A DNA stretch of 64,000 nt. Origin: Propionibacteriaceae bacterium. Its GTDB lineage: Bacteria; Actinomycetota; Actinomycetes; Propionibacteriales; Propionibacteriaceae. The translations under genes and the position numbers were made by a program. Below, in pieces: positions 1 to 9,920 of this stretch (positions within the stretch are counted from its first letter, which is position 1; every line of letters starts with the position of its first letter). The DNA lies in contig JAITVK010000006.1 of assembly GCA_031285845.1 (NCBI GenBank), forward strand, positions 1,286 to 65,285. The letters are read 5' to 3'. The notes below the pieces were generated by a model that was given only the letters and a program-made list of their open reading frames with translations, was not told where the DNA came from and searched no databases.

Positions 1-377
1 ACTTCCGGATGGATGCGGAAGGGCTCGGCCACAATGTCTCCCACCGTCTTGCGCGGGTTCAACGAGGTGTAGGGATCCTGGAAGACGATCTGAACGTTGC
101 GGCGCAGCCGACGCAACTCCGCGGCCCCCTTGGTCAGAACGTCTTCACCTTCGAACATCAACGACCCGGCGGTCGGTTTCTCCAAACACATCAGCAACCG
201 ACCGAGAGTGGATTTGCCGCAGCCCGACTCCCCGACCACACCCAAAGTCTCGCCTGCGGCCAAATCGATGTCGACACCGTCAACAGCGTGGACCTGGCCA
301 ACAGTGTGGCGCAGGACGCCGTCTTTGATCGGGTAGTGCTTGACCAGATCGCGGGCGGACAAGATGGCCTCGCTCAT
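1..377 (-). CDS. Peptide ABC transporter ATP-binding protein (OppF/DppF-like); N-terminal part only, the rest lies beyond position 1
   Basis: The minus-strand frame is open to the window edge. The ATG at 377-375 overlaps the stop of the upstream ATPase gene (ATGA). My translation is [18 protein letters not shown]...[12 protein letters not shown] (Walker A)...[13 protein letters not shown], typical of the Opp/Dpp F subunit. Confidence 0.85.
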   Translation of the reverse strand, partial: MSEAILSARDLVKHYPIKDGVLRHTVGQVHAVDGVDIDLAAGETLGVVGESGCGKSTLGRLLMCLEKPTAGSLMFEGEDVLTKGAAELRRLRRNVQIVFQDPYTSLNPRKTVGDIVAEPFRIHPE

Positions 378-1549
378 GATCTCTCCTCCAATCGGTCCCA
401 CCACGGACAGGCGACGGCCCGCCCCGGTTCGATCTGAACCAGCGGCGGCGGATCACCGATCGAACACTGCGGCCTGGCGAAGCGACAGCGCGGGTTAAAC
501 GGACAGCCGTCAGGCATCGCCAACAGGTTTGGCGGCAGCCCGCCGATCGCCGGCAAGGTCTCACCCAGCTTCGCATCCAAGCGAGGCACGGATTCCAGCA
601 ACCCGATGGTGTACGGATGCCGCGGCGTGGCGTACAACTGGTCGACTGGGGCGGTCTCGACCAGTCGACCGGCATACATCACGGCGATCCGATCGGCCAC
701 GTCGGCCACCACACCCAAATCGTGGGTGATCAGGATCAGGCCCATCCCCGAGTCGGACTGCAACTCTTTCAACAGATCCATGATCTGCGCCTGCACGGTC
801 ACATCGAGCGCAGTGGTCGGCTCATCGGCGATCAGCACCGCCGGATCGAGCGCGATCGCCATCGCGATCATGATGCGCTGACGCATCCCGCCTGAGAACT
901 GATGCGGATAGGAGGCCACCCGGTCCGCAGCCGCAGGGATGTGAACCCGCTCCATCAGGCGTACGGCCTGTTTCAGCGCGTCAGTCTTGTTCATCTTCTT
1001 GTGGACCCGGAACATCTCCGCGATCTGCCACCCGACCGGGAACACCGGGTTGAGCGACGATAAAGCGTCTTGGAAGATCATGGCGATCTGAGCGCCGCGC
1101 ACCTGCTGACGCGACTTCTCCGCCAACCGCAACAAGTCGACCCCGCAGTAGTCGACCGTGCCTTCGGTGACGAAGCCAGGCGGGGAGTCGATGATGCCCA
1201 TCACCGCCTGGGCTGTGACCGACTTGCCCGATCCTGACTCACCCAGAATGGCCAGCGTCTCACGCTGATCCAGATGGAAACCGACCCCGTTGATGGCGTG
1301 GGCGACACCGTCGCGCATCCGGAACTCGACCTGAAGATCCTCGACCGTCAACAGGCGACCGTCCACAGGCGACCACGAGTGTCCGGATTCGAGAACCTGT
1401 GTGCCTTTGATGTACGGCCGGTTTTTGGCCGGAGGCCGCGACGATTTCGGTTTGCGGGCCGCAGTCTGTTCCAAGTCGATGGTGCCTCGCCCCTCCGACT
1501 CGACCATCGCCAGATTCTCATCATAAAGCGGCATATCGTATCGCGCCAT
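374..1549 (-). CDS. Peptide ABC transporter ATP-binding protein (OppD/DppD-like)
   Basis: Track ORF with Walker A GESGSGKS, the signature FSGGMRQR, Walker B LIADEPTTALD and a C-terminal oligopeptide-ATPase tail (PRHPYT...CPFNPRC). Confidence 0.9.
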   Translation of the reverse strand: MARYDMPLYDENLAMVESEGRGTIDLEQTAARKPKSSRPPAKNRPYIKGTQVLESGHSWSPVDGRLLTVEDLQVEFRMRDGVAHAINGVGFHLDQRETLAILGESGSGKSVTAQAVMGIIDSPPGFVTEGTVDYCGVDLLRLAEKSRQQVRGAQIAMIFQDALSSLNPVFPVGWQIAEMFRVHKKMNKTDALKQAVRLMERVHIPAAADRVASYPHQFSGGMRQRIMIAMAIALDPAVLIADEPTTALDVTVQAQIMDLLKELQSDSGMGLILITHDLGVVADVADRIAVMYAGRLVETAPVDQLYATPRHPYTIGLLESVPRLDAKLGETLPAIGGLPPNLLAMPDGCPFNPRCRFARPQCSIGDPPPLVQIEPGRAVACPWWDRLEERS

Positions 1550-1552
1550 GGC

Positions 1553-2521
1553 TCACCTCAGCTTCGGATCGAGGGCGTCGCGGACGACTTCGCCCATCAT
1601 GATGAACGCCAGGACGGTCAGACACAAGAACAGAGCCGGGAAGAGCAACATGTGCGGCACCTGCCGGATCAAGCCCAGATCCGAGGCTCGCGAGATCGCG
1701 CGGCCCCAGGAGATCACAGTGTCGGGTAGGCCCACGCCAAGGAAGCTCAGCGTCGCCTCCGTCACGATATAACCACCGAGGTCGATCGTGGACACCACCA
1801 ACACCGGGGTCAGCGCGTTCGGAACGATATGCGAGGTGACGATCCGCAGAGGATTCGCCCCCAAAGCCCTGGCCGCTAAGACGTACTCGTTCGGTTTGAC
1901 CTGGAGCACAGCCGAACGCATCAGACGGAAGATGTTGGGCCAGCCGAACAGGGCCATCGCCGCGACCACTTTGAAGATCACGAGGGGGAAGGGGGATTCC
2001 GGACTGGAAGGGATCGAGTACATCACGACGATCGCGCCCAACAGCAACGGAATGGCGAAGAAAATGTCCGCGAAGCGGGACAGCACCGTGTCGACCCAGC
2101 CACCGACGTACCCGGCGAAGGTGCCCAGCAGGCCCCCCAGCAACGCGGTGAACAAAGCAGTGGCCACTCCGACGATGATCGAGGCTCGTGCGCCATAGAT
2201 CGTACGAGCGAAGACATCGCAGCCTTGGGCGTCGTAGCCGAAAATCGCGTCACCGCCTGGTGGTTGACGAGAGTACGTCAAGTCGCACAGCGTGGGATCC
2301 TTGGCGGTGAACAACTGCGGGAAGATCGCCATGACTAGGAAGATCACGATCAGAACAGCCGCCACCCAGAACAGGGGCCGCCCGCGCATGATGACCCAGG
2401 CGTCGGCCCACAACGAGCGGGCCTTCTCACCGGAAGCTTCGACCACCGCGGTGTCAGGGATCGGCGACTCGGCGGTGACAACCGCGGCGGCGTCGAGAGC
2501 GTCATTGTTGGGGTCACTCAT
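1553..2521 (-). CDS. Peptide ABC transporter permease (OppC/DppC-like)
   Basis: Polytopic hydrophobic ORF inside the opp-like operon. It overlaps the upstream permease stop by 8 nt. Confidence 0.88.
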   Translation of the reverse strand: MSDPNNDALDAAAVVTAESPIPDTAVVEASGEKARSLWADAWVIMRGRPLFWVAAVLIVIFLVMAIFPQLFTAKDPTLCDLTYSRQPPGGDAIFGYDAQGCDVFARTIYGARASIIVGVATALFTALLGGLLGTFAGYVGGWVDTVLSRFADIFFAIPLLLGAIVVMYSIPSSPESPFPLVIFKVVAAMALFGWPNIFRLMRSAVLQVKPNEYVLAARALGANPLRIVTSHIVPNALTPVLVVSTIDLGGYIVTEATLSFLGVGLPDTVISWGRAISRASDLGLIRQVPHMLLFPALFLCLTVLAFIMMGEVVRDALDPKLR

Positions 2522-3440
2522 GGCTGATCCTCGGATCCAAAACTGAGTAGAGAACGTCGACGATCAGATTGACCACCAGGTACACCAGCACCAGACAGGT
2601 GATCGACCCGACCAAGGCCACCCCGTCGCGTTGACTGATCGAACGCCAGATGAAACTGCCGATGCCGTTGATGTTGAAGATGCGCTCAGTCACGATCGCA
2701 CCACCCATCATGGCTCCGATCGATCCTCCGATGTAGGTGATCACTGGCAGCAGCGAGTTGCGCAACGTGTGGATCGCCACCGTACGGAAGCCGGACAGGC
2801 CCTTCGCTTTGGCTGTGCGAACATAATCAGCGCGAAGGTTCTCCACCAGGGACGTGCGCGTCAACCGGGCCGCGTAGGCCAACGACAACGCGCCCAACAC
2901 AAGCCCCGGCATCAACAACTCATAGAACGATCCTTGGCCCCCGACGGTCACCGGGAGCCATTTCAGTTTGATGCCGAAGACCAGTTGAGCCAATCCGCCC
3001 ATGACGAACACCGGCATCGAGATGAGGATCAACGTGGTGATCGTCACCAACGTGTCGATGAATTTGCCTTGGCGCATGCCCGCCCAGATACCAGCGGCCA
3101 AGCCGATGACGGCTTCGAACAGGACGGCGATCAGCGCCAGCTTGATCGTCGTCGGGTAACGCGTCGCCAACTCATGGACGACCGTGTTGCCGTAGTAATC
3201 AGTGCCGAGATCGCCGCGCAACAGTTTGCCCAAGTAGAGGACGTACTGCACAAGGAAGGGTTTGTCGAGGTTGTACTCATGATTGAACCACTCGACGTAG
3301 GTCGGTGGGCATTGGCGATCTCCGCAGCGGCCCGCCGTCGGGTCGCCTGGCATGGCGAAGTTCAAGTAGTAGATCAACAAGGTGGCGCCGATCAGTGTCG
3401 GAATGATCTGCAGCAGTCGGCGCACGACGTACTTTCCCAC
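2514..3440 (-). CDS. Peptide ABC transporter permease (OppB/DppB-like)
   Basis: The N-terminus VGKYVVRRLLQIIPTLIG is typical of this family. I chose the GTG at 3440 because a strong SD (GGAAGGGAGG) sits 5 nt upstream. The track ORF extends to 3488. Confidence 0.88.
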   Translation of the reverse strand: MGKYVVRRLLQIIPTLIGATLLIYYLNFAMPGDPTAGRCGDRQCPPTYVEWFNHEYNLDKPFLVQYVLYLGKLLRGDLGTDYYGNTVVHELATRYPTTIKLALIAVLFEAVIGLAAGIWAGMRQGKFIDTLVTITTLILISMPVFVMGGLAQLVFGIKLKWLPVTVGGQGSFYELLMPGLVLGALSLAYAARLTRTSLVENLRADYVRTAKAKGLSGFRTVAIHTLRNSLLPVITYIGGSIGAMMGGAIVTERIFNINGIGSFIWRSISQRDGVALVGSITCLVLVYLVVNLIVDVLYSVLDPRISHE

Positions 3441-3487
3441 GAGCACCTCCCTTCCTAGGGTGGTCGGACAGTGACCCTGAGACGCCA

Positions 3488-3537
3488 CAAGGGTGACAGC
3501 GCACCTCGTCAGACACGAAGACTCGCCATCACCCTTG
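3488..3537 (-). other. Intercistronic stem-loop between the SBP gene and the first permease gene of the opp-like operon
   Basis: Perfect 9-bp inverted repeat CAAGGGTGA (3488-3496) / TCACCCTTG (3529-3537). Confidence 0.4.
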
Positions 3538-3562
3538 CGAGCGACATCACTAAGTCACATTA

Positions 3563-5206
3563 CTATGCCATCTCGACGGAGCCGAAATCGAAGGTCGAGA
3601 ACGGGGTCATCTTGACGGACTTGATGTTGGTGGACCAGATGTACTGGCTCTGCTGATACCACAGTGGCATGGTCGGCATGTCCTTGTTCAAGACATCCTC
3701 AGCCTGCTGGTAGAGCTTGTTGGAGGCCTGCGAGTCGGTCTCCGCCGCCGCCTGCTTCAGCAGCGAGTCGAACTCGGCGCTGGAGTAGTTGGTGTCATTG
3801 CTGGAGGCGTTGGTGGCGTAGATCGGAGTCAGGAAGTTCTCGATCGAGGGGTAATCCATCTGCCAGCCGGCGCGATACATCCCGGTCAGTTCCCGCTTGT
3901 TGATCTTGTCACGCAAGGTCGCGAAATCCGGGGTGGTCTGGACAGTGCATGCCAGGCCGAGGTTGTTCTTGATCTGGTTGCAGACTGCGGTGGCCCATTC
4001 GTCATGGCCGCCATCACCGTTGACCCACAGGGACAGGGTCCCCGGGTAGCCGCCAGCTTCGTCATACAACTGCTTGGCCTTGGTCGGGTCGAACACGCAG
4101 TTGGTGCAAGCTCCGGCCTTGTAGCCGTCGACCACGGGTGAGACCCAGCCGGTGGCCGGGATACGGGCCGAGTTGAACACGGTCTTGGTCACCTGCTCGC
4201 GATCAACCGCCATCGACAAGGCCTGACGCATCCGGACGTCGGCCAATCCGGGATCGACGTCGCCCGGAGCGTACGACAACGCTTGGAACACCCCGGTGTC
4301 CTTGATCGCGTTGCGCCCCTCAGCGTCCTGCTTCCACAAGTCACCCACCAGGTAACCCGACGGGATGGTGTCAGTCATGTCCAAGTTGTTGGCCACGACG
4401 TCGTTGTAGGCCGCTCCCAGATCGTTGTAGATCCGGAAAGTCACGGTGTCGACCGAGCCGGTCAGCTTGCCGGAATAGTCGGCGAACTTCTTCAGCACGA
4501 TCTCCGTGTCGTTCACCTCGGTGATCGTGTACGGACCCGCGGCGATCGGCTTCTTGGCGAACTCCTTCTTGCCCTCCGACTTATCGGCGAAGAACGCGTC
4601 CGGCTGCGGCGCGAAAGCGGTGTAGCCGAGTCGAACTTTGAGGTTCGACGTCGGTGTGGTGGTCTTGATGGTGAAGGTGTGGTCGTCGACGACCTTCAGG
4701 CCAGTCATCGTCTCAGCGGTCGGCGCCTCGGTGGCGCAATCCTTGCCGCATTGCAGGTCGGCGAAGCCTTCGATCATTTCGAAGAAGTAGCCGCTGATCT
4801 GCCCATTGGGACCATAGGCGCCCCAGTTCCACGCGTCGACGAAGTTCTTCGCTTTGACTTCAGTTCCGTCTTGGAACTTGTAGCCCGGCTTGAGCTTGAC
4901 CGTCCAGTTGACAGCGTCGGTGGTCTCGATGGATTCGGCGATGTCCAGACTCGGTGACGCGTCATCCGAACTGTAGTGGACGAGCTTGGCCTCGCTGGCG
5001 TCCAGCACGTTGCCACCGCAGACCTCGTTGGTGTTCGTCGGGAGCAGGGAGTGCTGTGGGGTGCAACCACGAACAGTGATCGCCGCCCCGGCGCCGCCAG
5101 GCTGCCCGCCGGAAGGATTGGTTGAAGGGGTGTTCGAGCACGCGGCCACACTGGTGAGAACCAGCGCGGCGGCAGCGAACGCTGCTATCGTTTTGGGGGT
5201 ACGCAT
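3563..5206 (-). CDS. Peptide ABC transporter substrate-binding lipoprotein (family 5 SBP)
   Basis: The ATG at 5206 is preceded by GAGGAG. The signal peptide has a lipobox (MRTPKTIAAFAAAALVLTSVAAC). Length and composition fit an OppA/DppA-type SBP. It is the first gene of the operon. Confidence 0.88.
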   Translation of the reverse strand: MRTPKTIAAFAAAALVLTSVAACSNTPSTNPSGGQPGGAGAAITVRGCTPQHSLLPTNTNEVCGGNVLDASEAKLVHYSSDDASPSLDIAESIETTDAVNWTVKLKPGYKFQDGTEVKAKNFVDAWNWGAYGPNGQISGYFFEMIEGFADLQCGKDCATEAPTAETMTGLKVVDDHTFTIKTTTPTSNLKVRLGYTAFAPQPDAFFADKSEGKKEFAKKPIAAGPYTITEVNDTEIVLKKFADYSGKLTGSVDTVTFRIYNDLGAAYNDVVANNLDMTDTIPSGYLVGDLWKQDAEGRNAIKDTGVFQALSYAPGDVDPGLADVRMRQALSMAVDREQVTKTVFNSARIPATGWVSPVVDGYKAGACTNCVFDPTKAKQLYDEAGGYPGTLSLWVNGDGGHDEWATAVCNQIKNNLGLACTVQTTPDFATLRDKINKRELTGMYRAGWQMDYPSIENFLTPIYATNASSNDTNYSSAEFDSLLKQAAAETDSQASNKLYQQAEDVLNKDMPTMPLWYQQSQYIWSTNIKSVKMTPFSTFDFGSVEMA

Positions 5207-5621
5207 GTGTCTCCTCGTTTCGTCAGTACTGCTTTCTTTTTCTATCATGGTTGTCCGATGGCAAGCCAGCCCAGACCGAGGTTTGGGTGCAATCCGTGAC
5301 CGATGCGAAACATTTCCGTAACAAGTGTGAGAACGCATCACTCCAAGTCACACGGCATGCTATCGGGGGTGACACAGTGAAATCTCCGATCCACCGAACG
5401 GCCGACTCTCACAATGTGGACAGGTGGGGCCAATTCAGGCCGTGGCGCGACCCCGTGTCGAACCCATGTCCGACCCCGGCTCCGGCCCTGGGGCAGGATC
5501 AATTCCGGCCCCAGCTAAGCCCGCCGGCCTGCGTCCTCGTCGCGCGGTCGCCCCGGCGAGATCACGCCCCGGCGAAGCCCACCGAGCCAGTGCGCATCGG
5601 CCGAAATCGCCCCCAGCCAGG

Positions 5622-7295
5622 TCACACTCCGGCCAGCAACGCCTCACGGACCTGCGAAGCGATCTGACTCAGCCGACCCGCCGCCTCGGAGCGCAGAGCG
5701 GTCAACTGAGCGAAACTCGCCTTCGGGTCGACCGGGCGAATCACCTCCAAGTAGCACTTCACTTTCGGCTCAGTGCCCGACGGACGCACGATCACCCGGT
5801 CATCCTCCTCGGTCAGCCACACCAATCCGTCAGTCGGCGGCAACCCGTCGTACCCGAGTGCCAGATCCGACACCGCAGTCACACGCGCCCCGGCCAGGGC
5901 CTTCGGCGCTTCGGCTCGCAGATGAGCCATGATCTGAGGGATCTGCGCCAAGTCGTCGACCCGATGCGACAACTGTGAGCACAGGTACAACCCATGACGA
6001 CGGGCCAAGTCGTCCAGCAGATCGATCACGGTGGCCCCCAATGCCTTCAGGCGCGCCACCAACCGGGCCACCGCCAACGCGGTCGACAATCCGTCCTTGT
6101 CATGGACTAGATCGGGGCGAACACAGTAGCCGATCGCCTCTTCATAGGCGTACGCCAATCCGGGGACCCGGCCCATCCACTTGAAACCAGTCAGCGTGTG
6201 CTGGTACGGCCAATCGTGACTGGCCGCGATGACCGCCAGTTGACGCGAGGAGACGATCGAGTTGACCAACACCCCGCTGGCCGGTCCGCGGGCAATCTCC
6301 TCCCCCAGGATCGACCCGAGCTCATCGCCCTGCAACATCCGCCAGCCGCTGCGAGGATCGAGCACCGCCACCGCGCAGCGATCCGCGTCAGGATCGTTGG
6401 CGATCACCACATCCGGATCGACTTCGCGCGCCAGATCAAGCGCCAAGTCGATCGCGCCCGGCTCCTCCGGATTCGGAAACTTCACCGTCGGGAATCGCGG
6501 ATCCGGTTCGCGCTGGGAGGCCACCGGATGAACGTCCATGAACCCGGCACGACTGAACGCGGCCAGAGCCGGAGCCGAACCGACGCCATGCATCGCAGTG
6601 TGGACGATACGGATCGCGGCATCGGGCGCGGGTCCGGCACAGATCGCGCTCAGATAGGCCTCCAGCACTTCCCCACCCAAATCAGTCCAGCCTTCGGCCA
6701 GCGGAATCTGGTTCGCCGGTGGGGCGGCCGCGATGAAACCAGCGATCTGCGCGTCGTAGGGCGGCACGATCTGCGCGCCACGCTCAGGCTCAGTGACCAT
6801 CCGCCCGCCGAGATAGACCTTGTAGCCGTTGTCGATCGCCGGATTGTGCGAGGCGGTCACCATGACCCCGGCGTCGGCGTTCAGATGTCGTACGGCGAAG
6901 GCCAGAAGCGGAGTCGGAGACTGCGACGGCAACAGCAGGGCCGTTCCACCGGCCGCGGTCACCACGGCGGCGGTGTCGAGCGCGAACTGACGCGAATGAT
7001 GGCGGGCGTCGCTGCCGATGACCACCACCGGCTGATCCAGCCGCGATGTCAGATAGCCGATCAAACCGTGGGCCGCCGTCAAAACCACAGCCCGATTCAT
7101 CCGGTTCGGACCAGCGGCCATCGCTCCGCGCAGACCGGCCGTCCCGAACTGCAAGGAGCCGGCGAAACGGTCCTCCAATTCGGCCATCGCCGCCTCATCG
7201 GTCGAAGACCGCTCCAACAGGTCAGTCAGCTCCGCCCGCGTCGACGGGTCCGGATCCTGGCTCACCCACTGATTCACCTGCTCGGTGATTGTCAT
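5622..7295 (-). CDS. Phospho-sugar mutase (phosphoglucomutase/phosphomannomutase family)
   Basis: Active-site serine loop TASHNPAIDNGYKVY and metal loop DPDADR. Start at MTITEQV (ATG 7295). It sits directly downstream of deoC/deoA/cdd. Confidence 0.88.
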   Translation of the reverse strand: MTITEQVNQWVSQDPDPSTRAELTDLLERSSTDEAAMAELEDRFAGSLQFGTAGLRGAMAAGPNRMNRAVVLTAAHGLIGYLTSRLDQPVVVIGSDARHHSRQFALDTAAVVTAAGGTALLLPSQSPTPLLAFAVRHLNADAGVMVTASHNPAIDNGYKVYLGGRMVTEPERGAQIVPPYDAQIAGFIAAAPPANQIPLAEGWTDLGGEVLEAYLSAICAGPAPDAAIRIVHTAMHGVGSAPALAAFSRAGFMDVHPVASQREPDPRFPTVKFPNPEEPGAIDLALDLAREVDPDVVIANDPDADRCAVAVLDPRSGWRMLQGDELGSILGEEIARGPASGVLVNSIVSSRQLAVIAASHDWPYQHTLTGFKWMGRVPGLAYAYEEAIGYCVRPDLVHDKDGLSTALAVARLVARLKALGATVIDLLDDLARRHGLYLCSQLSHRVDDLAQIPQIMAHLRAEAPKALAGARVTAVSDLALGYDGLPPTDGLVWLTEEDDRVIVRPSGTEPKVKCYLEVIRPVDPKASFAQLTALRSEAAGRLSQIASQVREALLAGV

Positions 7296-7432
7296 GTGTC
7301 CACCTCTCGTCGTTGGTTGATTCACACCCTGAAACACACTGCGCGTACGGCTTATGGCCAAGCCAGACCGTGAACATCAGGCCGGGGAGCACGAGGCCTC
7401 GGGCCGGCGACGAACCGCGCGGTCGCTTCGCC

Positions 7433-8095
7433 CTATCCCAGTTCCGACAGAATCCTGGCCGTTCCCGACAACCCCAGTCGAGTCGCCCCGGCCTCGATCA
7501 TCGCCAACGCTTGAGCCAAAGTACGGATCCCGCCCGAGGCCTTGACCTGCAGCCTGTCCTCCACCGTCGACTTCATCAGAGCGACCGCGTGAGGGCTGGC
7601 CCCACCGGCCGGGTGGAACCCCGTCGAGGTCTTGACGAAGTCTGCCCCGGCCGACTCAGCGCGTTGACAAGCATGAACGATGCGTTCGTCGGACAGTGCG
7701 GCGGATTCGATGATCACCTTCAGCACCACCGGTCGAGGCACAGCCTCGCGTACAGTCATGATGTCGGCCTCGACGCCGTCCCAGTCGTCATCCAAAGCCA
7801 GCCCGAGGTTGATCACCATGTCGATCTCTTCAGCGCCGTCTGCTGCCGCCCAAGCCGCCTCCGCCGCTTTGACTTCGCTGCGATGAGCGCCACTAGGGAA
7901 GCCGCACACAGCCGCCACGTGCAACCCGCCAGCATCGACCGGCAACATCGACGGGGACACACACACCGCGTACACCCCCAACTCTTTGCCCTGCTCGATC
8001 AGCGCGGCCACATCCTCGCGGGTCGCCTCTGGTTTGAGCAGCGTGTGATCGATCATCTGGGCCAACTGCGCCCGCGTCAATTCTTGAGTCATCAT
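7433..8095 (-). CDS. deoC: Deoxyribose-phosphate aldolase
   Basis: [25 protein letters not shown]...FVKTSTGF (Schiff-base Lys region)...KASGGIRT. The start overlaps the deoA stop (ATGA-type). The upstream part of the 342-aa track ORF is not used. Confidence 0.9.
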   Translation of the reverse strand: MMTQELTRAQLAQMIDHTLLKPEATREDVAALIEQGKELGVYAVCVSPSMLPVDAGGLHVAAVCGFPSGAHRSEVKAAEAAWAAADGAEEIDMVINLGLALDDDWDGVEADIMTVREAVPRPVVLKVIIESAALSDERIVHACQRAESAGADFVKTSTGFHPAGGASPHAVALMKSTVEDRLQVKASGGIRTLAQALAMIEAGATRLGLSGTARILSELG

Positions 8096-9453
8096 GCTCC
8101 AATCGTGTCTAGGACCACTGGCGAGACCTCGGGCGGCTCCGCAGTGATCGTCCAACCACCGTCCAGCGCTTCGATCGCGCGGTTGAAACGTTCTGGGGTG
8201 TCGGTGTGCAACGTCATCAGCGGCTGCCCGCGACGGACCTGGTCGCCGATCTTGGCGTGCAACACCATCCCGGCCCCAGCCTGAACGGCATCCTCGCGAC
8301 GGGCACGGCCCGCTCCCAGACGCCAGGCGGCCACTCCGACCGGCAGCGCGCTCAGTGTGGCCAGATACCCGTCCGCGTCGGCCACCACGTCGGTGGTGTG
8401 GCGCGCCCACGGCAAAGGCGCGACCGGATCCCCGCCCTGAGCCCGGATGAGATCGCCCCAACGGTCCATCGCCGTTCCGTCGCGCAGAGCCTGCTCCGGA
8501 TCCGCGTCACGCAACTCGCGCGCTCGACGTACGGCCTGCGGCGAACCTGGAGTGATGCCCGCGCCCGGAACCCCACGGACTTCGACTTGAGCGGCGGCCG
8601 AGGCCAGCATCTGGCGAGCCAAGACGATGGTCAGCTCGACCACGTCAGGCGGACCGCCACCGGCCAGAACTTCCAACGCCTCGCGCACTTCCAACGCGTT
8701 GCCAGCCGCCATTCCCAGCGGCGTGGACATGTCGGTGATGACGGCAGTGGTGACCACGTCGTGGTCGGCCCCGATCTCGACCATCGTCTGAGCCAACTGG
8801 CGGGCGCGGTCGATATCGGTCATGAACGCGCCCGAACCGCATTTCACATCCAAGACCAGGCCCGAGGTTCCTTCGGCGATCTTCTTGCTCATGATCGACG
8901 AGGCGATCAGAGGAATCGACGCCACCGTGCCGGTGACATCGCGCAGCGCGTACAACTTGCGATCCGCTGGAGCCAAACCGGCCCCCGCTTGGCAGATCAC
9001 CGCGCCCACGCTGGACAGCTGATCGTACATCTGCTGATTGGTCAGCTCGGCGCGCCACCCGGGGATCGACTCCAGCTTGTCCAGCGTTCCGCCGGTGTGA
9101 CCGAGGCCGCGTCCCGACAATTGTGGAACCGCCACTCCGAACGACGCCACCAGCGGTGTCAGAGCCAGCGTGATCTTGTCGCCGACCCCTCCGGTCGAAT
9201 GCTTGTCCGCGGTCGGACGTCCCAATCCGGTGTAGTCCAACCGCTCGCCAGAAGCGATCATCGCTCCAGTCCAGCGGTTCAGCTCCGCCCGATCCATCCC
9301 GTTGAGGAAGATCGCCATCAGCAAGGCCGACATCTGCTCCTCGGCCACCTCGCCGGCGGTGTACGCGCCGATCATCCAATCGATCTGCTCTGGGGACAAC
9401 ACCCCATGATCCCGCTTGACGCCAATGACGTCGACCGCGTCGAATGTGCCCAT
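8092..9453 (-). CDS. deoA: Thymidine/pyrimidine-nucleoside phosphorylase
   Basis: Motifs [46 protein letters not shown] prefer the ATG at 9453 (SD AAGGAAGGG 5 nt upstream) over the GTG at 9456. Confidence 0.9.
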   Translation of the reverse strand: MGTFDAVDVIGVKRDHGVLSPEQIDWMIGAYTAGEVAEEQMSALLMAIFLNGMDRAELNRWTGAMIASGERLDYTGLGRPTADKHSTGGVGDKITLALTPLVASFGVAVPQLSGRGLGHTGGTLDKLESIPGWRAELTNQQMYDQLSSVGAVICQAGAGLAPADRKLYALRDVTGTVASIPLIASSIMSKKIAEGTSGLVLDVKCGSGAFMTDIDRARQLAQTMVEIGADHDVVTTAVITDMSTPLGMAAGNALEVREALEVLAGGGPPDVVELTIVLARQMLASAAAQVEVRGVPGAGITPGSPQAVRRARELRDADPEQALRDGTAMDRWGDLIRAQGGDPVAPLPWARHTTDVVADADGYLATLSALPVGVAAWRLGAGRARREDAVQAGAGMVLHAKIGDQVRRGQPLMTLHTDTPERFNRAIEALDGGWTITAEPPEVSPVVLDTIGA

Positions 9454-9496
9454 CACTGCCCTTCCTTGTCTGCTGTTTCGTTCGGCCCGGTTGGCC

Positions 9497-9871
9497 TCAC
9501 TGATCGAACCCCCAAGCCTGTGGCAGAAGCTCGGTCATCGACACGACCCCGACTGGGGTCATGACCTGCAACTGCGGTCCGCCGTGTTCCCACAGCAGTT
9601 GTCGGCACCGTCCACACGCTGTGATGACCTGACCGTCACCGTCGACACACGTGAACTGGGTCAAGCGCCCGCCGCCGGTGGCGGCCAGCGTGGACACCAG
9701 CCCGCATTCGGCGCAGAGTGTCAGCCCGTACGACGCGTTCTCGACGTTGCATCCGGTCACCAGGCGACCATCGTCGGTCCAGGCGGCGGCTCCAACCGGA
9801 TAGTGCGAATACGGCGCGTAGGCCGACCTCGCCGCCTGACGGGCGGCGGCGACCAGATCATCCCAGTCCAT
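9497..9871 (-). CDS. cdd: Cytidine deaminase
   Basis: Zinc-binding motifs CAECG and CGRCRQ, and the small size of a homotetrameric-type CDA. I prefer the ATG at 9871 (GAGGA 6 nt upstream) over the GTG at 9877. Confidence 0.9.
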   Translation of the reverse strand: MDWDDLVAAARQAARSAYAPYSHYPVGAAAWTDDGRLVTGCNVENASYGLTLCAECGLVSTLAATGGGRLTQFTCVDGDGQVITACGRCRQLLWEHGGPQLQVMTPVGVVSMTELLPQAWGFDQ

Positions 9872-9920
9872 CTCCACTCCTCACCACATCGTACGAATCC
9901 GACTCGGCCCGGTGGAACCC

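Noticed and set aside
5290-5400. CRP/GlxR-like TGTGA / TCACA half-sites upstream of the peptide-importer operon
   Set aside because: Half-sites are present (GTGTGA…TCACAC, AGTGA-N7-TCACA), but none has the canonical TGTGA-N6-TCACA spacing. The evidence is too weak to call.
6198-9564. Long plus-strand ORFs (6198-7373, 7289-8284, 8206-9564)
   Set aside because: They are antisense to the well-supported PGM-family mutase, deoC and deoA genes. Their composition is Arg/Pro/Gly-rich and not protein-like.
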